In this document: positions 1 through 13,200 of the stretch, piece after piece
Layout: each line of letters opens with the position of its first letter
How positions within the stretch are numbered: position 1 is the first letter of the stretch
Source of the DNA: Camelus dromedarius
Lineage: Eukaryota
Assembly (NCBI RefSeq): GCF_036321535.1
Contig: NC_087436.1
Location: 25,422,001-25,486,000 of the forward strand
Direction: 5' to 3'
Length of the DNA stretch: 64,000 bases
Made by a program: the position numbers and the translations under genes
The notes under the pieces: model-generated
The model's database searches: none
What the model saw: only the letters and a program-made list of their open reading frames with translations
Told to the model about the DNA's origin: nothing

Positions 1-576
1 GTATTATCTTTGTGTGTGTGAAATTTTTTACCCATATAAAACCACTGTGTGATGATGGGGAAATGGAGAGACAAGAACAAACAAAACTAAAACCAGGTTT
101 ATTTAAATGCATTAGTCAGGGTATAAAGGTGTATACTTTCTAATAAAAGTATCTACTTTAGTTCTACACATGACACGAGCTATGGATTTGTCAAAGTTAT
201 CATTATGATAACACAACAAATGTATATGGCTTAAGTTAAATAAACTGAATGTATGACTATCAATAAAACTTTATCTCACACTGCTAACAATGTTGCCAGT
301 GAAAAAGAAAATTCCATGAATATTATCACATAAGCTGAAAGCAAACCTAAAAGCAGAAGTAAAAATGAGCTACAAATATGCAAATATATTTATGAATTTA
401 AGCAAATTTGTACCAACACATCCAAATTCATATCTAATCCTAAAATTTCCTGGAAAGGCTAGAAGTTGCTGCTCTTTGAATCTATTTTTATTAAATACCT
501 AAACAGTTAACTTGCCTACAGAAATCTTGTAAAAACTTGGAGAACAAAAATGAAAAGACTTGATTTACTATTCCAG

Positions 577-593
577 GAGACCTGGATGCATTG
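577..593 (+). CDS. Candidate 17-nt microexon of an unidentified gene
   Basis: Acceptor tttactattccag (ends 576) and donor TTG|gtaaat (594). It joins the next two candidates without a stop in two of three frames. Gene not recognised. Confidence 0.4.
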
Positions 594-1078
594 GTAAATT
601 CTTGTGTTCAACTAATCAGTATATTGGAGAAAATTTTTTTGTGTTATTAAAAGCATTAAATTCTTTAAAAATATATGGGAGGGAAAATATAAATGATTAT
701 ATTTCTTTATATTCTAGCATCTTGAGTTTATTTTGTTAAGTGGATTTTAAAGGTTAAGTGGATTTTAAGGGTTAAGTCAAATGGGTTCAGGAATACAGAC
801 TATAGATTCATTTTTTTGCGTAAACTTAACCCCTCCACTATGTTAGGAAGAAATTCTTTTCTATTTCCAGTTATTTTTAATCTCTCACCTACTATGTACA
901 TTTTTTTCTTATCCTTTTTTGTACTTTAAGTAATATTCCCAGGATTAAAAATCTCTCTGCCATTGCCCCTTAATCCTTCATTAGGATTTAATATAGACAG
1001 ATTTATGAATTAATTTACATTGTGAGATTGTTGTTATATAATATTTGTGAATTTTGAAAGCTATTTTTGTTTTTCCAG

Positions 1079-1100
1079 AGATCAGTGTTGAAAAAAACAC
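1079..1100 (+). CDS. Candidate 22-nt microexon of an unidentified gene
   Basis: Strong acceptor tatttttgtttttccag (ends 1078) and donor CAC|gtatgt (1101). Confidence 0.5.
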
Positions 1101-1199
1101 GTATGTTTAATAATATTACACAATCTAAATTGGAAAGGACATCTGAAAAGGAAAAAAACGCTGATTTTATTGTCGGTAGTCTCAGGACCTGCCATGTAA

Positions 1200-1360
1200 T
1201 AATTCATGGTATTCTCACCCTCTGAGCTCTGTGTTGTTATTGTTATAAACTGAGTACTGACACACACAGACGATACATCAATTTCCCAAGATCACAGACC
1301 TGGTAAATGGAGGAGCCACGCTTCAAAGCCTCTGCTCTGAGGAGCTATCCAGCCTCTTAA
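1200..1360 (-). mobile_element. MIR SINE fragment
   Basis: tttcccaagatcacagacctggtaaatggaggagccacgcttcaaagcc resembles the reverse complement of the MIR core. Confidence 0.65.
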
Positions 1361-1439
1361 TAATGAAAGCTCGGTTTAGGAAACTTCTGTAGTATAGTCT
1401 TAAGCACATTTCTTTCTTTTTCATTCTTTCTTTTTCTTT

Positions 1440-1757
1440 TTTTGTGAAAGGCCTGCTAGTAAATATTTTAGGCTTTGTGGGCCATATGGTCTCTGTCTGT
1501 CACAGCTGTTCAGCTCTGCTGCTGTAGCATAAAAGCAGCCAGAGAAAATATGTAAATGAATGGACATAATTGTGTTCCAATAAAACTTTATTTATGGGCA
1601 TTGAAAATTGAATTTTATATAATTTACATGATGTGAAATGTTATTCTTTTGATTTTTCCCCCCAACCATTTGAAGATCTAAAGCCATCCTTTGCTTGTGG
1701 GTCGCACGAGAACTGTTGGCTGACTCGGCCTGCAGGCTCTGGTTGGCGGACCTTTCC
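1440..1757. mobile_element. MER58B-like hAT-Charlie non-autonomous DNA transposon
   Basis: Contains the MER58 hallmarks gtaaatattttaggctttgtgggccatatggtctctgt and tgtgttccaataaaactttatttat. Confidence 0.85.
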
Positions 1758-1929
1758 TATAGTGTATAGTGGTGACAGCCAGAAACCTGACGTGTGGGAG
1801 GCGAGGTTACACACATTGTAAGGATGAATTTAGTAGCAACTGGCATGTCTCAGTTGGGATCAATAATTGCTAAGGAGCAGCAAGTCCCACACTAATAAAT
1901 AATCTGTCACTGGGACAGCCTAGAGGCAC

Positions 1930-2030
1930 ATTTGTTAAGGTAGCCTAACTATCACAGCAAATCAGCCCTAAAATCTCAGTGGCTTATGGAAGTTGATATG
2001 AGGATGTGTGGAGGGAAAGGTTGATAGATG
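1930..2030 (-). mobile_element. MLT1 (MaLR) LTR, left part of a split element
   Basis: ccctaaaatctcagtggctta motif. Sequence continuity resumes at ~14990. Confidence 0.6.
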
Positions 2031-2059
2031 GTTTTTCTTTTTTTTTTTTTTTCCTCCCA

Positions 2060-2308
2060 AACAATGGTCAGTTCAGTTCCAAGAATAGCATCAACATTAT
2101 GATTTGTATTTTCTACAAACAAGGACATTTTCTCACATAGTAACAATGCAACATAAAAGTCAGGAAATTAACTCATACCTGTTACTATAATCGAATCCCC
2201 ACACCGATTCATGTTTTGCTAATTATCCCAGTGTCAGGATCACACATTTAGTTGTCATGTCTCTAGTTCTTTTTAATCTGGAACATTTTCTCAGTGTCCT
2301 TGTCTTTC
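2060..2308 (-). mobile_element. Old L1MC-type 3' region fragment (left part)
   Basis: aacaaggacattttctcacat...caggatcacacatttagttgtcatgtctctag is typical of L1MC4/5 3' ends. It continues at 6715. Confidence 0.7.
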
Positions 2309-5300
2309 TTTTTTTTAAATTTATATATATAATATATACTATTCATTGTTTCTAAGAACAGTTTAGAGCTTTAGCTTTTTATTTTTTAAGTTTATTTTTT
2401 TCCTTTTTCAGTTTTATTAGGTAGAATTATTACAGTTCAACTGCACATATGTATTATATTGCCTGTAAATACATATATACAGTACACTGCACTTTTTTTA
2501 GTTTACATATATGTGCTGATTATTGTTTTTAAGAATATTAGAGCTTTAGCTTTTTAAACTTACATAGTTATCAAAGGAATAGAGCCAACTACAAAATAAG
2601 AATCAACAGAATATGGTAATCCAGTCATAAAGGACAGTCAAATGTGCTTACACATATTCAAGAAATCAATCATCTAAGTTATAAATAATAAGTAGTTCAT
2701 TTGTATCTTTTTTAAAAAATCACACATATAAACAATATCATATGGCACTTTTCTCTTTCTGGCTTACTTCACTTAGAATGACGATCTCCAGGTCCATCCA
2801 TGTTGCTGCAAATTGCATTATTTCATTCTTTTTTTTATAGCTGAGTAGTATTCCATTGTATAAATATACCATAGCTTCTTTATTCGGTCATCTGTTGATG
2901 GACATTTGAGTTGTTTCCATGTCTTGGCTATTGTATATAGTGCTGCTATGAACATTGGTGTGCATATGTCTTTTTCAATTATATTTTTTCTCTGAGTATA
3001 TGCCCAGGAGAGGGATTGCTGGATCATATGGTAAGTCTATTTTTAGTTTTTTAAGGAACCTCCATACTGTCCTCCATAGTGGCCAATGTAAAGTGTACCA
3101 ATTTACATTCCCATCAACAGTGTAGGAGGGTTCCCTTTTCTCAACACCCTCTCCAGCATTTATTTTTTGTAGACTTTTTAATGATGGCCATCTGGCTGCT
3201 GTGAATGCTCAGAATGAGTTTGGAAGTGTTCCTTCCTCTGCAATTTTTTGGAATAGTTTCAGAAGGATAGTTGCTAACTCTTCTCTAAATGTTTGGTAGA
3301 ATTTTTGTTTATTGAGAATTTAATTACTGATTCAATTTCAGTACTGGTAATTGGTATATTCATATTGTCTATTTCTTCCTGGTTCAGTCTTTCCAAATTA
3401 TACCTTTCTAAGGAATTGTCCATTTCTTCTATGTTGTCATTTTTTTGGGGGGGTTATGGTTGCTCATAGCAGCCTCTTATGATCCCTTGTATTTCTGTGG
3501 TATCAGTTATAATTTTTTTCATTTCTGATTTTATTAATTTGGGTCCTCTCCCTTTTTTTCTTGATGAGTCTGACTAAAGGTTTATCAATTTTGTTTATCT
3601 TTTTAAAGAATCAGCTTTTAGTTTCATTGATCTTTTCTATTGTTTTTTAAGTCTCTATTTCATTTATTTCTGCTCTAATCTTTATAATTTCTTTTCTTCT
3701 ACTAACTTTGGGTTTCATTTGTTCTTAATCCAGCTGCTTTAGGTGTAAGATTTGGTTGTTTACTTGAGATTTTTCTTGTTGCCTGAGGTAGGCTTGTATT
3801 GCCATTAAGTTTCCTCTGAGAACTGCTTTTGCTGTGTTCCAGAAGGATGGATCATTGTGTTTTCATTTTCACTTGTTTCAAAGTAATTTTGGATTTTCTC
3901 TTTGATCCAGTGATCCATTGGTTGTTTAGTAGCATATTGTTTAGCCTCCATGTGTTTGTAGTTTTTGAAGTTGTTTTTTTTTTTTCTTGTAGTTGATTTC
4001 TAATCTTACAGCATTTTGATCTGAAAAGATGCTTGGTACAATTTCAGTTTTCTTAAATTTACTGAGGCTAGCTTTGTGGGCGAGCATATGGTCAATTCTG
4101 GAGAATGTTTCATGTGCACTTGAGAAGAATGTGTATTCTGTTGCTTTTGGATGGAATGCTCTGTAGCTATCAATTAAGTCCATCTGGGCTAATATATTAT
4201 TTACGGCCTGTATTTCCTTTATTGATTTTCTGTCTGGATGACCTGTCCTTTGATGTAAGTAGGGTGTTAAGGTCCCCCCACAATTATTGTGTTATTGCCA
4301 ACTTCTCCTTTTATGTCTGATAACAACTGCCTTATATATTCAGGTGCTCCTATGTTGGGTGCATATATATTTACAATCATTATATCCTCTTCTTGGATTG
4401 ATCCCTTAAGCATTATGTAGTGTCCTTCTTTGTCTCTTGTAACAGTCTTTATTTTAAAATCTGTTTTGTCTATATAAATACTACTACTCCAGTTTTCTTC
4501 TGTTTTCAATTTGCATGGAACATCTTTTTCCATCCCCTTACTTTCAGCCTGCATGTGTCTCTTGCTCTGAGGTGGGTCTCGTGTAAATAGCATATATATG
4601 GGTCTTGTTTTTATATCCATTCAGCCAGTCTATGTCTTTTGGATGAGCATTTAATCTATTTACATTTGAGGTAATTATTGTTATATATTTTTTTATTGCC
4701 ATTTTGTTAATTGTTTTGGGCTTGTTTTTGTAGGTCTTTTTTTTTTTTTTCTTTTCTTTTTCTCCTTCTTTTTGTTCTCTTGTGGTTTGATGACTAGAGA
4801 AGTTCCTTTAACATTTGTTGTAAGGCTGGTTTGGTGGTGCTGAACTCTTTTAGCTTTTGTTTATCTGTGACGCTTTTGATTTCTCCATCAAGTCTGAACA
4901 AGAGCCTTGCTGGATAGAGTATTCTTCGTTTTAAGTTCTCCCCTTTCATCACTTTAAGTATATTGTGCCGCTCCCTCAGGCCTGTAGAGCTGCTGCTGAA
5001 AAATCATCTGATAACCTTATGGGAGTTCCCTTGTATGTTATTTGTTGCTTTTCTCTTGCTAATTTTAATATTTTCTTCCTGTTGTTAATTTTTGTCAATT
5101 TGATGACTATATGCCTTGGTGTGTTCCTCTTTGGGTTGATTCTGTGTGGAGCTCTGCACTTCCTGGACTTAAGTGACTGTTTCTTTCCCAAGGTAGGGAA
5201 GTTTTCAATTATTATCTCTTCAAACATTTTCTCAGGTCCTTTCTCTCTCTTCTCTTTCTGGGACCCCTATAATGTGAATATTAGTGTGCTTCATGTTGTC

Positions 5301-6714
5301 CCAGAGTTCTCTTAGAGAATGAAAAGAAGTAAGGATAATTTTTTTCTGTTCTGAAGTAGTGATGTCCACTAATCTGTCTTCTAGATCATTGATCCATTCT
5401 TCTGCTTCATTTATTCTATTCTTGGTTCCTTCTAGTGTGTTATTCATTTCAGTAATTTTATTCTTCATCTCTGGATATTCTTTATATTTTCCAACTCTTT
5501 GCTAAAAATATCACTCTGTGCATCTATACTCCTCCTGAGTTCTCTGAACATCTTTGCCATCATTACTTGAAACTCTTTCTCAGATAAATTGCCTATCTCC
5601 TCATCACTTATGTCTTCTTCCGGGATTTAACCTTGTGCCTTGGCCTGGAAGATATTCCTCTGCCGCTTCGCATTGTCTGTCTTTCTATCTGTATTTTTAG
5701 GTATGTTAGTTATGTTTCTTGATCTTGGAAAAGTAGCCCTCTGTGGGAGACGTCCTATGCATCCCAGCAGTATACTCCTCTTTTGTCACCCAAGGCCAAG
5801 GTCCAGCTGGTCCCAGTGTATTTGTGGATTCCTTCCACAGGCTTTGGGATTACTGTTTTCTTATTTCTGGTATCTGCCTCCTGGTGGAAGAGGCTGGGCT
5901 AGAGGCTTATGCAGGTTTCCTGGCAGGAGGAGCCGGTGCCTGCCTACAGCTGGGTGACACTTAGTCCTGGACCTCTGGTGAGCAGGGCTGTGTCTAGAGG
6001 CATTTGTGGCTCAGGAAGTCTGCTGATGGATGGGTCTGTGTTCCCACCCAGTATGTTGTTTGGCCTGAGGCTTCCCAGCCCTTAAGCCTATAGGCTGTTG
6101 GGTGGGGCTAGGTCTTGGTGCTACTGATCCAATCAAGATTCAGCCTTCAGGAAAGCTCATGTAGATGAACACTCCTGGAATGTCTGCCACCAGCTTTTAT
6201 GTCCCCTGGGTGAGCCACAGCTGTCCCCTACCTTCCCAGGAGATCCTCCAAAACCAGCTGGCAGGTACAGCCCAAGTTTCTATGAAGTCACTGCCTCTGC
6301 CCTTGGACCTGGCACATGCAAGATTCTGTGTACACTTCCCAAGAGAATGCAGTCTCTGTTTCCCCTAGTTCCATGGGGCTCCTGGAGTTAAGCCCCTCTG
6401 GCTTTCAAAACCAGATTTCCTGGGGTCTCCTCCTCCCAATGCTGGAACCCTGGGCTGGGGAGCCTGACATGGGGCTCAGAACTCTCACTCCTGTGAAAGG
6501 GCCTCTGTGACTTAGTTTTTCTTCAGTTTGTAGGCCACCCACCTGGGGGTATGGGGCCCAGTAGTATCATGAGCATGCCCCTCCTACCATCCTGCTGTGG
6601 TTCCCTCTTCATCCTTCCAGTTGAAGGTCTTTTTTGCTAGGTTCCAATCTTCTTTTCCAATAGTTGTTTAGCAGTCAGTTGTGGTTTTGTTGTAGTCATG
6701 AGGACTTGCCTGCT
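2309..6714 (-). mobile_element. Internally deleted young L1 (5' UTR, ORF1, endonuclease and ORF2 C-terminus; RT missing), with 10-bp TSD
   Basis: ORF track gives ORF1 peptides (4976-5468), EN peptides (3941-4620) and the ORF2 C-terminus (2818-3027). Poly-T starts at 2309. CTTGTCTTTC occurs at 2299-2308 and 6715-6724. Confidence 0.92.
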
Positions 6715-6920
6715 CTTGTCTTTCATGACCAGGGAATCTTTGAAGATTACATAACTATTATGTTGTAAACTGTCCCTCCATTTTTTTTTTTGTCTAACAT
6801 TTCCTCGAGATTACCTTCAGGTGATGCATTTTTGCCAGGAATATCTCAGAAGTGATTTTGTGATTTCTTTACATTACATGGAACATGATTACAGTTTGCC
6901 TTAGTACAGCTAATGTTAAT
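6715..6920 (-). mobile_element. Old L1MC-type 3' region fragment (right part)
   Basis: ttgtctttcatgacc...gcatttttgccaggaatatctcagaagtgat continues the 2060-2308 fragment. Confidence 0.7.
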
Positions 6921-9900
6921 TTATTTTTTCTAGTTTTATTGAGATATGATTGACATACAGCACCATGTAAGTTTAAGGTATATAATATAATAATTTAATC
7001 TACATATATTTTGATACGTACCACAATTAAGTTTACTTTACATCCCTCATCCCATATATGTATATATAGTTTTTTCTTTTATGAGTAGAACTGTTAAGAG
7101 TAAATTCTAACAACTTTCAAATAGACCATAGAGCTATGTGAACTATAGTCATCATGTTGTATGTTGCATCCCTGGTACTTATTTATTGTATAATTGGAAG
7201 TTTGTGCCTTTTGAATGCCTTCCTCCAATTTCCCCTCTCCCCATCCACCTTGTCTAGTAACCATAAATCTGAACTCTTTTTTCCTATGAGTTTTTTTTTT
7301 TTTTTTAAGATCCCATATATAGATGAGATCATACAGTATTTGTCTTTCTCTGTCTGACTAACTTCATTAGCACAATGCCTTCAAGGTCCATCTGTGTTGT
7401 TGGAAATGGCAGGATTTTCTTTTTTATGGCTGAATAATACTTCTTTGTGTGTATGTACACACACACACACACACACACACATATACGTATACTATGACTT
7501 CTTTATCCATTCATCCACTGATGGACAGAAGTTGTTTTTATGTCTTTACTATTGTAAATAATGCTTGTGTGAATATGGATGTGCAGATACCTGTATGACA
7601 TAGTATTTTCAATTCTTTTGGATATATTTCCAGAAGTGGAAATGCTGGATCATATGGTAGTTCTATTTTTAACTTTTTGAGGAACCTCTAAAGTGTTTTC
7701 TATAGCAGCTCTACCAATGTACGTTACCACAACCAGTGCATGAGGGTTCAGTCTTCTCCACATCCTCTCCAGCATTTGTTATCGTTTGTCTTTTTTATGA
7801 CAATATGGGTGAGATGGTGAGGTTATATCTTATTGTGGTTTGATTTGATTTCGAGCATCTTTTCGTGTACGTTTTGGCCATTCATATTTCTATTCAGGTC
7901 CTTTACCTATTTTTTAAACAGATTATTTGGGTTTGGTAGGTTTTTTTGATACTGAGTTGTATAAGTTCTTTATTTTGGATATTAACCCCTTATCAGATAA
8001 ATGGTTTGCAAATATTTACTTCCATTTTGTAGACTGTCTTTTCATTTTATTGATCATTTCTTTTGCTCTGCAGGAGCTTTCTAGGTTGTAGTCCCCTTTT
8101 ATTTTTGATTTTGTTGCTTGTGCTTTAGGTGTCATATTAAAAAAAAATTGTCAAGACCTGTGTAATGGACCTACCACTTGCTTTCTTCTAGGAGTTCTAT
8201 ACTTTTGGCCTTATATTTCAGTCTTTGATGAATCTTGAATTAATTTTTGTGGAAGATGTACAATAAGGGTTTAGTTTCATTTTTTTATATATGACTGTCC
8301 AGTTTTCTGGCACCATTTATTCAAAAGACTATCCTTTCTCCACTGGATATTCTTGGCTCCCTTGTCAAAAATTAGTTTATTATATATGTGTGGCTTAGTT
8401 TCTGGGTTCTCAATTCTGTTCCTTTGGTCTATGTGTCTGTTTTTGTGCCAGTGTTATAATGTTTTGATTACTATACCTTTTAAATATAGCTTGAAATCAG
8501 GAAGTATGATGCCTCGTGCTTCATTCTTAAGATTTCTGTGGCTGTTTGTGGTCTGTTTCTTTATATACATTTTACTATTTTTTCTACTTCTGTAAAAAAA
8601 AAAAAGCCTATAGAATTTTAATAGGAATTGGTTTGTGGTAGTATAGATCTGTTAATCCTATTGATTCTTCTCATTTATGAACTTGAGATATCTTTACATT
8701 TATTTGCATCTTTTTCAGTTTCCTTCATCAGTATCTTGTAGTTTTTGGTGGCGATCTTTCATCTTCTTGGTTAAATTTATTACTAATATTTTATTATTTT
8801 TGATTGTATTCTAAATGAGATCATTTTCTTTGTTTCAGATAATTTGTTGTTAGTATAGAGAAACAATTTTTGTATGTTAATTTTGTCCTGGAACTTTACT
8901 GAAATGATTAACTTTTTTTTTTTTTTTTGGTGGAGCATGATTGCTATACATAAAATCATGTCATCTGAAAATATAGCCAGTTTTACTTCTTCCTTTCCAA
9001 TTCTGATGCTTTTTATTTGTCTTGCCTGATTGCTCAAGCTAGAACTTCCAGTGCTGTATTGAATAGGAGTGGTGAGAGTTGTGCACTCTTGTGCCTTCCT
9101 GATCTTGGAGGAAAAGTTTTCAGACTTTCACTATTTAGTATGATGAAAGCTGTGGCCTTTTCACATAGAGCCTTTATCAGGTTGAAGTACTTTCTTTCTG
9201 TACCTAATTTGTTAAGAGTTTTTATCATGAACAGATAATGAATTTTGTGAAATGCTTTTTCTGCATTTATTGAGATATTCCTTTCATTCTGTTAATATAT
9301 TACATATATTGATTTATATATGTTGAATCATCCTTCCATCTCAGGGATAAATCTCATTGATCATGGTGAACGATCCTTTTAATGTGCTGCTGAATTCACT
9401 TTAAGTTTTGTATCTATATTCATCAGTAATACTGGCCTGTAGGGTTATTTGTTTTCCTAGCCGTATCCCTTTCTAGCTTTGGTGTCAGAATAATGTGGAT
9501 CTTGTAAAATGATTCTGGGAGGTTCCTTCTTCTAGGATTTTTTGGAAGAGTTTGAGAAGGATTAATGTTAATTCTTTAAATGTTTGGTAAAACACATAGT
9601 TATTCACAGTAGGGTTTTATAAGCTTTTGTATTTCTATGGTGTCAACTGTAATCTCTCCCTTTTCATTTGTAATTTTGTTGATTTGGGTCTCCACTCTTT
9701 TTTGATTAGTCTAGGTAATTTTCTTTTCAATTTTGTTTATATTTTCAAAGAACTAACAGTAGTCTTGTTAATCTATTCTATTGTTTTCCTATTCTCTATT
9801 TTACTTATTTCTGATCTAATCTTTTTCTTTACTTCTGCTAACATGGCATTCAATTTGTCTGACCCATCCCCCGCCAACTTTAATTTCTACTTTGATCTAT

Positions 9901-10258
9901 TGGTTGTTTAGGAGAATGTTTAATTCCAAGTATCTGTGAGTTTTCCAGTCTTCCCTCTTACTAATTTTTAGTTTCATATGACAGGGTCAGAGAAGCTATT
10001 GGTATGATTTCAGCCTTCTTGAATTTACTGTCTTTTTGAGGGGTTGAACATACGACCTCTTCAGTAAAATGTTCCATGTGTGTGAAAGAAGACTGTGTCT
10101 TCTGCTGCTGTCAGATAGTGTTCTGTACATGTCTCTCATGTTCATTTTGATCTACATTGTTCAAATCTGCTACTTCCTTACTGATTCTGTCTTTAGAGCA
10201 GAATATTAAAGTCCTTAACTATATAAATTGTGGTTTATTTCTCCTTAGAGATCAGTGA
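6921..10258 (-). mobile_element. L1MA-type LINE-1, 3' UTR and ORF2 remnant
   Basis: 3' UTR starts ttttattgagatatgattgacatacagcac. RT peptides appear in ORFs 8783-9037 and 9034-9228 (KTFPPRSG..LSPLLFNTALEVLA, IFSDDMIL). Confidence 0.92.
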
Positions 10259-10259
10259 G

Positions 10260-13200
10260 GTTTTTTTTTTTCCTCTTTCTTTCCTTCTCTCTGTCCCTCT
10301 GAATCCACCCACACAACTATCTATGTATCTTTCTTTTTACCTACTTACCTTTCCATTCATCCAGCTACCCACCCTTCCATTCATCCATCAATGTACGTAT
10401 GTACCTATCCAGGCACCCACGTAACTTTTTAAATTCCTTCTTCCTTTCTCCTTCCCTCCCACATACCTATCTTTTTACCTACTTACGTCTCCATTCATCC
10501 AGCCACCCACCTGCGTTTATTTCTTCCTTCCTTCCTTCCTTTCCGTCTCTCTCCTCCTCTGCATCCCCCAACCCACATATCTATCTTTTTAACTACCTAC
10601 CACTCCATTTGTCCAGCTACCCATCCTTCCATTCATCCATCTATCAATCCATGTAAGTACCTATCCAGGCACCATATTACTTTCTTTCTTTCCTTCCTGC
10701 TACCCACCTTTCTTTCTCTTCCTTCCGTCTCTCTCCCTCCCACATATTTTTACCTACCTACCTCTCCATTCGTCCAGCCACCCACCAATCCATACATCCA
10801 ACTATATACCAACCCATATACCTATCTTTCTTCCCTTTCCCTCCCTTCCACATATGTAACTTTTTACCTACTCAACTCTGCATTTGTCCAGCCATCACCC
10901 CTTCTGAACATCTATCAATCCATACACTTACCTATCCAACCATCCATGTAACTTTTTAACTTCCTTCCTTTCTACTTCCCTCCCTGCCTCCCCATTCTCC
11001 ACCTACCCATCCACCTATGTACCAAACCATATACCTACCTATCCAGCCACTCACTTCTTTCTCTCCTTTCTGTTCATCTCGCTCACTGCCTCCCATATAT
11101 CTGTTTACCTGTCCACCTGTCCATTTGTCCAGCCACCCACACATGTTTTTCTTTCCTTCCACCTCTCTCCCTCCACATATCTATCTCCGAACCCATGTAC
11201 CAACATATCCAGACACCCACCTACATTTCTTTCCTTCTTTCTTTCTTTCTCTCCCTCCATATCCACCCACCCACCTATCTTTATCCCTACCTACCTCTAC
11301 AGTAGTCCAACTACCCACCCTTCCATACATCCATCTATCTACGAACCCATGTACCTACCTATCCAGACACCTTTCTTCCTTCCCTCTGCATTCGTCCAGC
11401 CACTCACCTTCCTTTATTTCTTTCCTTCATTCCTCCCTCCATTCCTTTTTCTGTCCCCTGCATCCACCCATCTACCTATCTTCTTATGTACTTACCAATC
11501 CAGCCACCCACCTTTCCATACATCCATGAATCCATGTACCTACCCATCCAGCCAACTTTCTTTCTTCCTTCCATCTCTCTCCCTCCCTCCCACAATCTTT
11601 TTATCTACTTACCTGTCCATTCATCCAGCCACCTACCCATCCATACATCTATCTATCCAGCCACAGAGCTTTCTTTCTGTCTCTCCGTCTCTCTCCCCAT
11701 CCCTTCGCATCCTCCCCCCAACCTATATTTTTATGTACTTACTTCTGCATTCGTCTAGCCATGCACCCTTTATACATCCAACTATGAACCCATGTACCAA
11801 CGTATCCAGCCACCCACCGACGTTTCTTTCCTTCCTTTTTCTGTCCCCTGCAGACACCCTCCTATTTACATATCTTTTTACCTACCCACCTACCAATCCA
11901 TTCATCCATCAATCCATGTACTTACCTATCCAATCACCCATGTAACTTTTTAACTTCTTCCTTCCTTTCTCCCTCCCCATCCTCCACCCATCTATCCTTT
12001 TACCTATCTACCTATCCATTCATCCACCCACCCATCCATCTATGTAACAACCCAATTTACCTACCTATCCAGCCACCCACTTTCCTTTCTTTATTTCTTT
12101 CCTTCACTCCTCCCTCCATTCCTTTTTCTGTCCCCTGCATCCACCCATCTATCTTCTTATGTACCTACCAATCCAACCATCCAGCCACCCCTTTCCATAC
12201 ATCCATCTATGAATCCATGTACCTACCTATCCAGCCAACTTTCTTTCTTGCATCTCTCTCCCTTCGCATCCTCCCCCTCCACCTATCTATCTATATTTTT
12301 ATCTACTTACTTCTCCATTCATCTAGCCACCTACCCTTTTATACATCCATCTGTAAACCCATGTACCGACGTATCCAGCCACCCAATTACGTTTCTTTCT
12401 TTCCTCTCTCTCCCTCCGCCTCCACCAACCCACCTTTTTCCCTAGCTACCTCTACATTTGTCCAACTACCCTCCCTTCCGTACATCCATCTAAAGGCCTA
12501 CCCAGCCACCCACATAACGTTACTTTTTTCCTTCCTTCCTTTCTCCCTGCCACCCCATCCTCCACCCACATATCCATTTGTCCAGGAACTCACCCTTCCA
12601 TACGTCCATCTATGAACCCATGTACCTACCCATCCATTCATCCATCTATGTGTCAATCCATATACATATCTATCTAGCCATCCACATAATGTTCTTTACT
12701 TTCCTTCCTCCCTCCACCCACCTTTCTATCCTTTCACCTACCTATCTAGCCACGCACATTTCATTCATTCTTCCTCTCTTCCTGTCTCTCTCCTCCTCCC
12801 TTTGCATCCTCCCACCCACCTTTTTACCTATCTACCTATCCATTCATCCACCCACTCATCCTTACATGCATCTATATAACAACCCATCTACTGACCTATC
12901 CAGCCACCCACCTTTTTTTCCCCTTCTTTATTCCTTCCTTTTTTCTCTCTCCCTCCATCCACTACCCCCCTTTCCATACATCCATCTATCTATCCATGTA
13001 AGTACCTATCCAGCCACCCACATTTCATTCTCTTTCTTTCCTTCCATCTCTCTCCCTCCCTGCTACATATTTATCTTTTACCTATTTACCTCTCCATTTG
13101 TCCAGCCACCCACCCTTCCATACATCTGTCAATCCATGTACGTATCTATCCAGCCATCCATGTAATGTTCTTTACTTCTTGCCTTCCCTCCTTTCTCTCT

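Noticed and set aside
735..777. 18-bp tandem duplication gttaagtggattttaa(a/g)g
   Set aside because: It has about 2.4 copies and no spacers, so it is a common slippage duplication and not CRISPR-like. Similar small duplications occur at ~48337 and ~58058.
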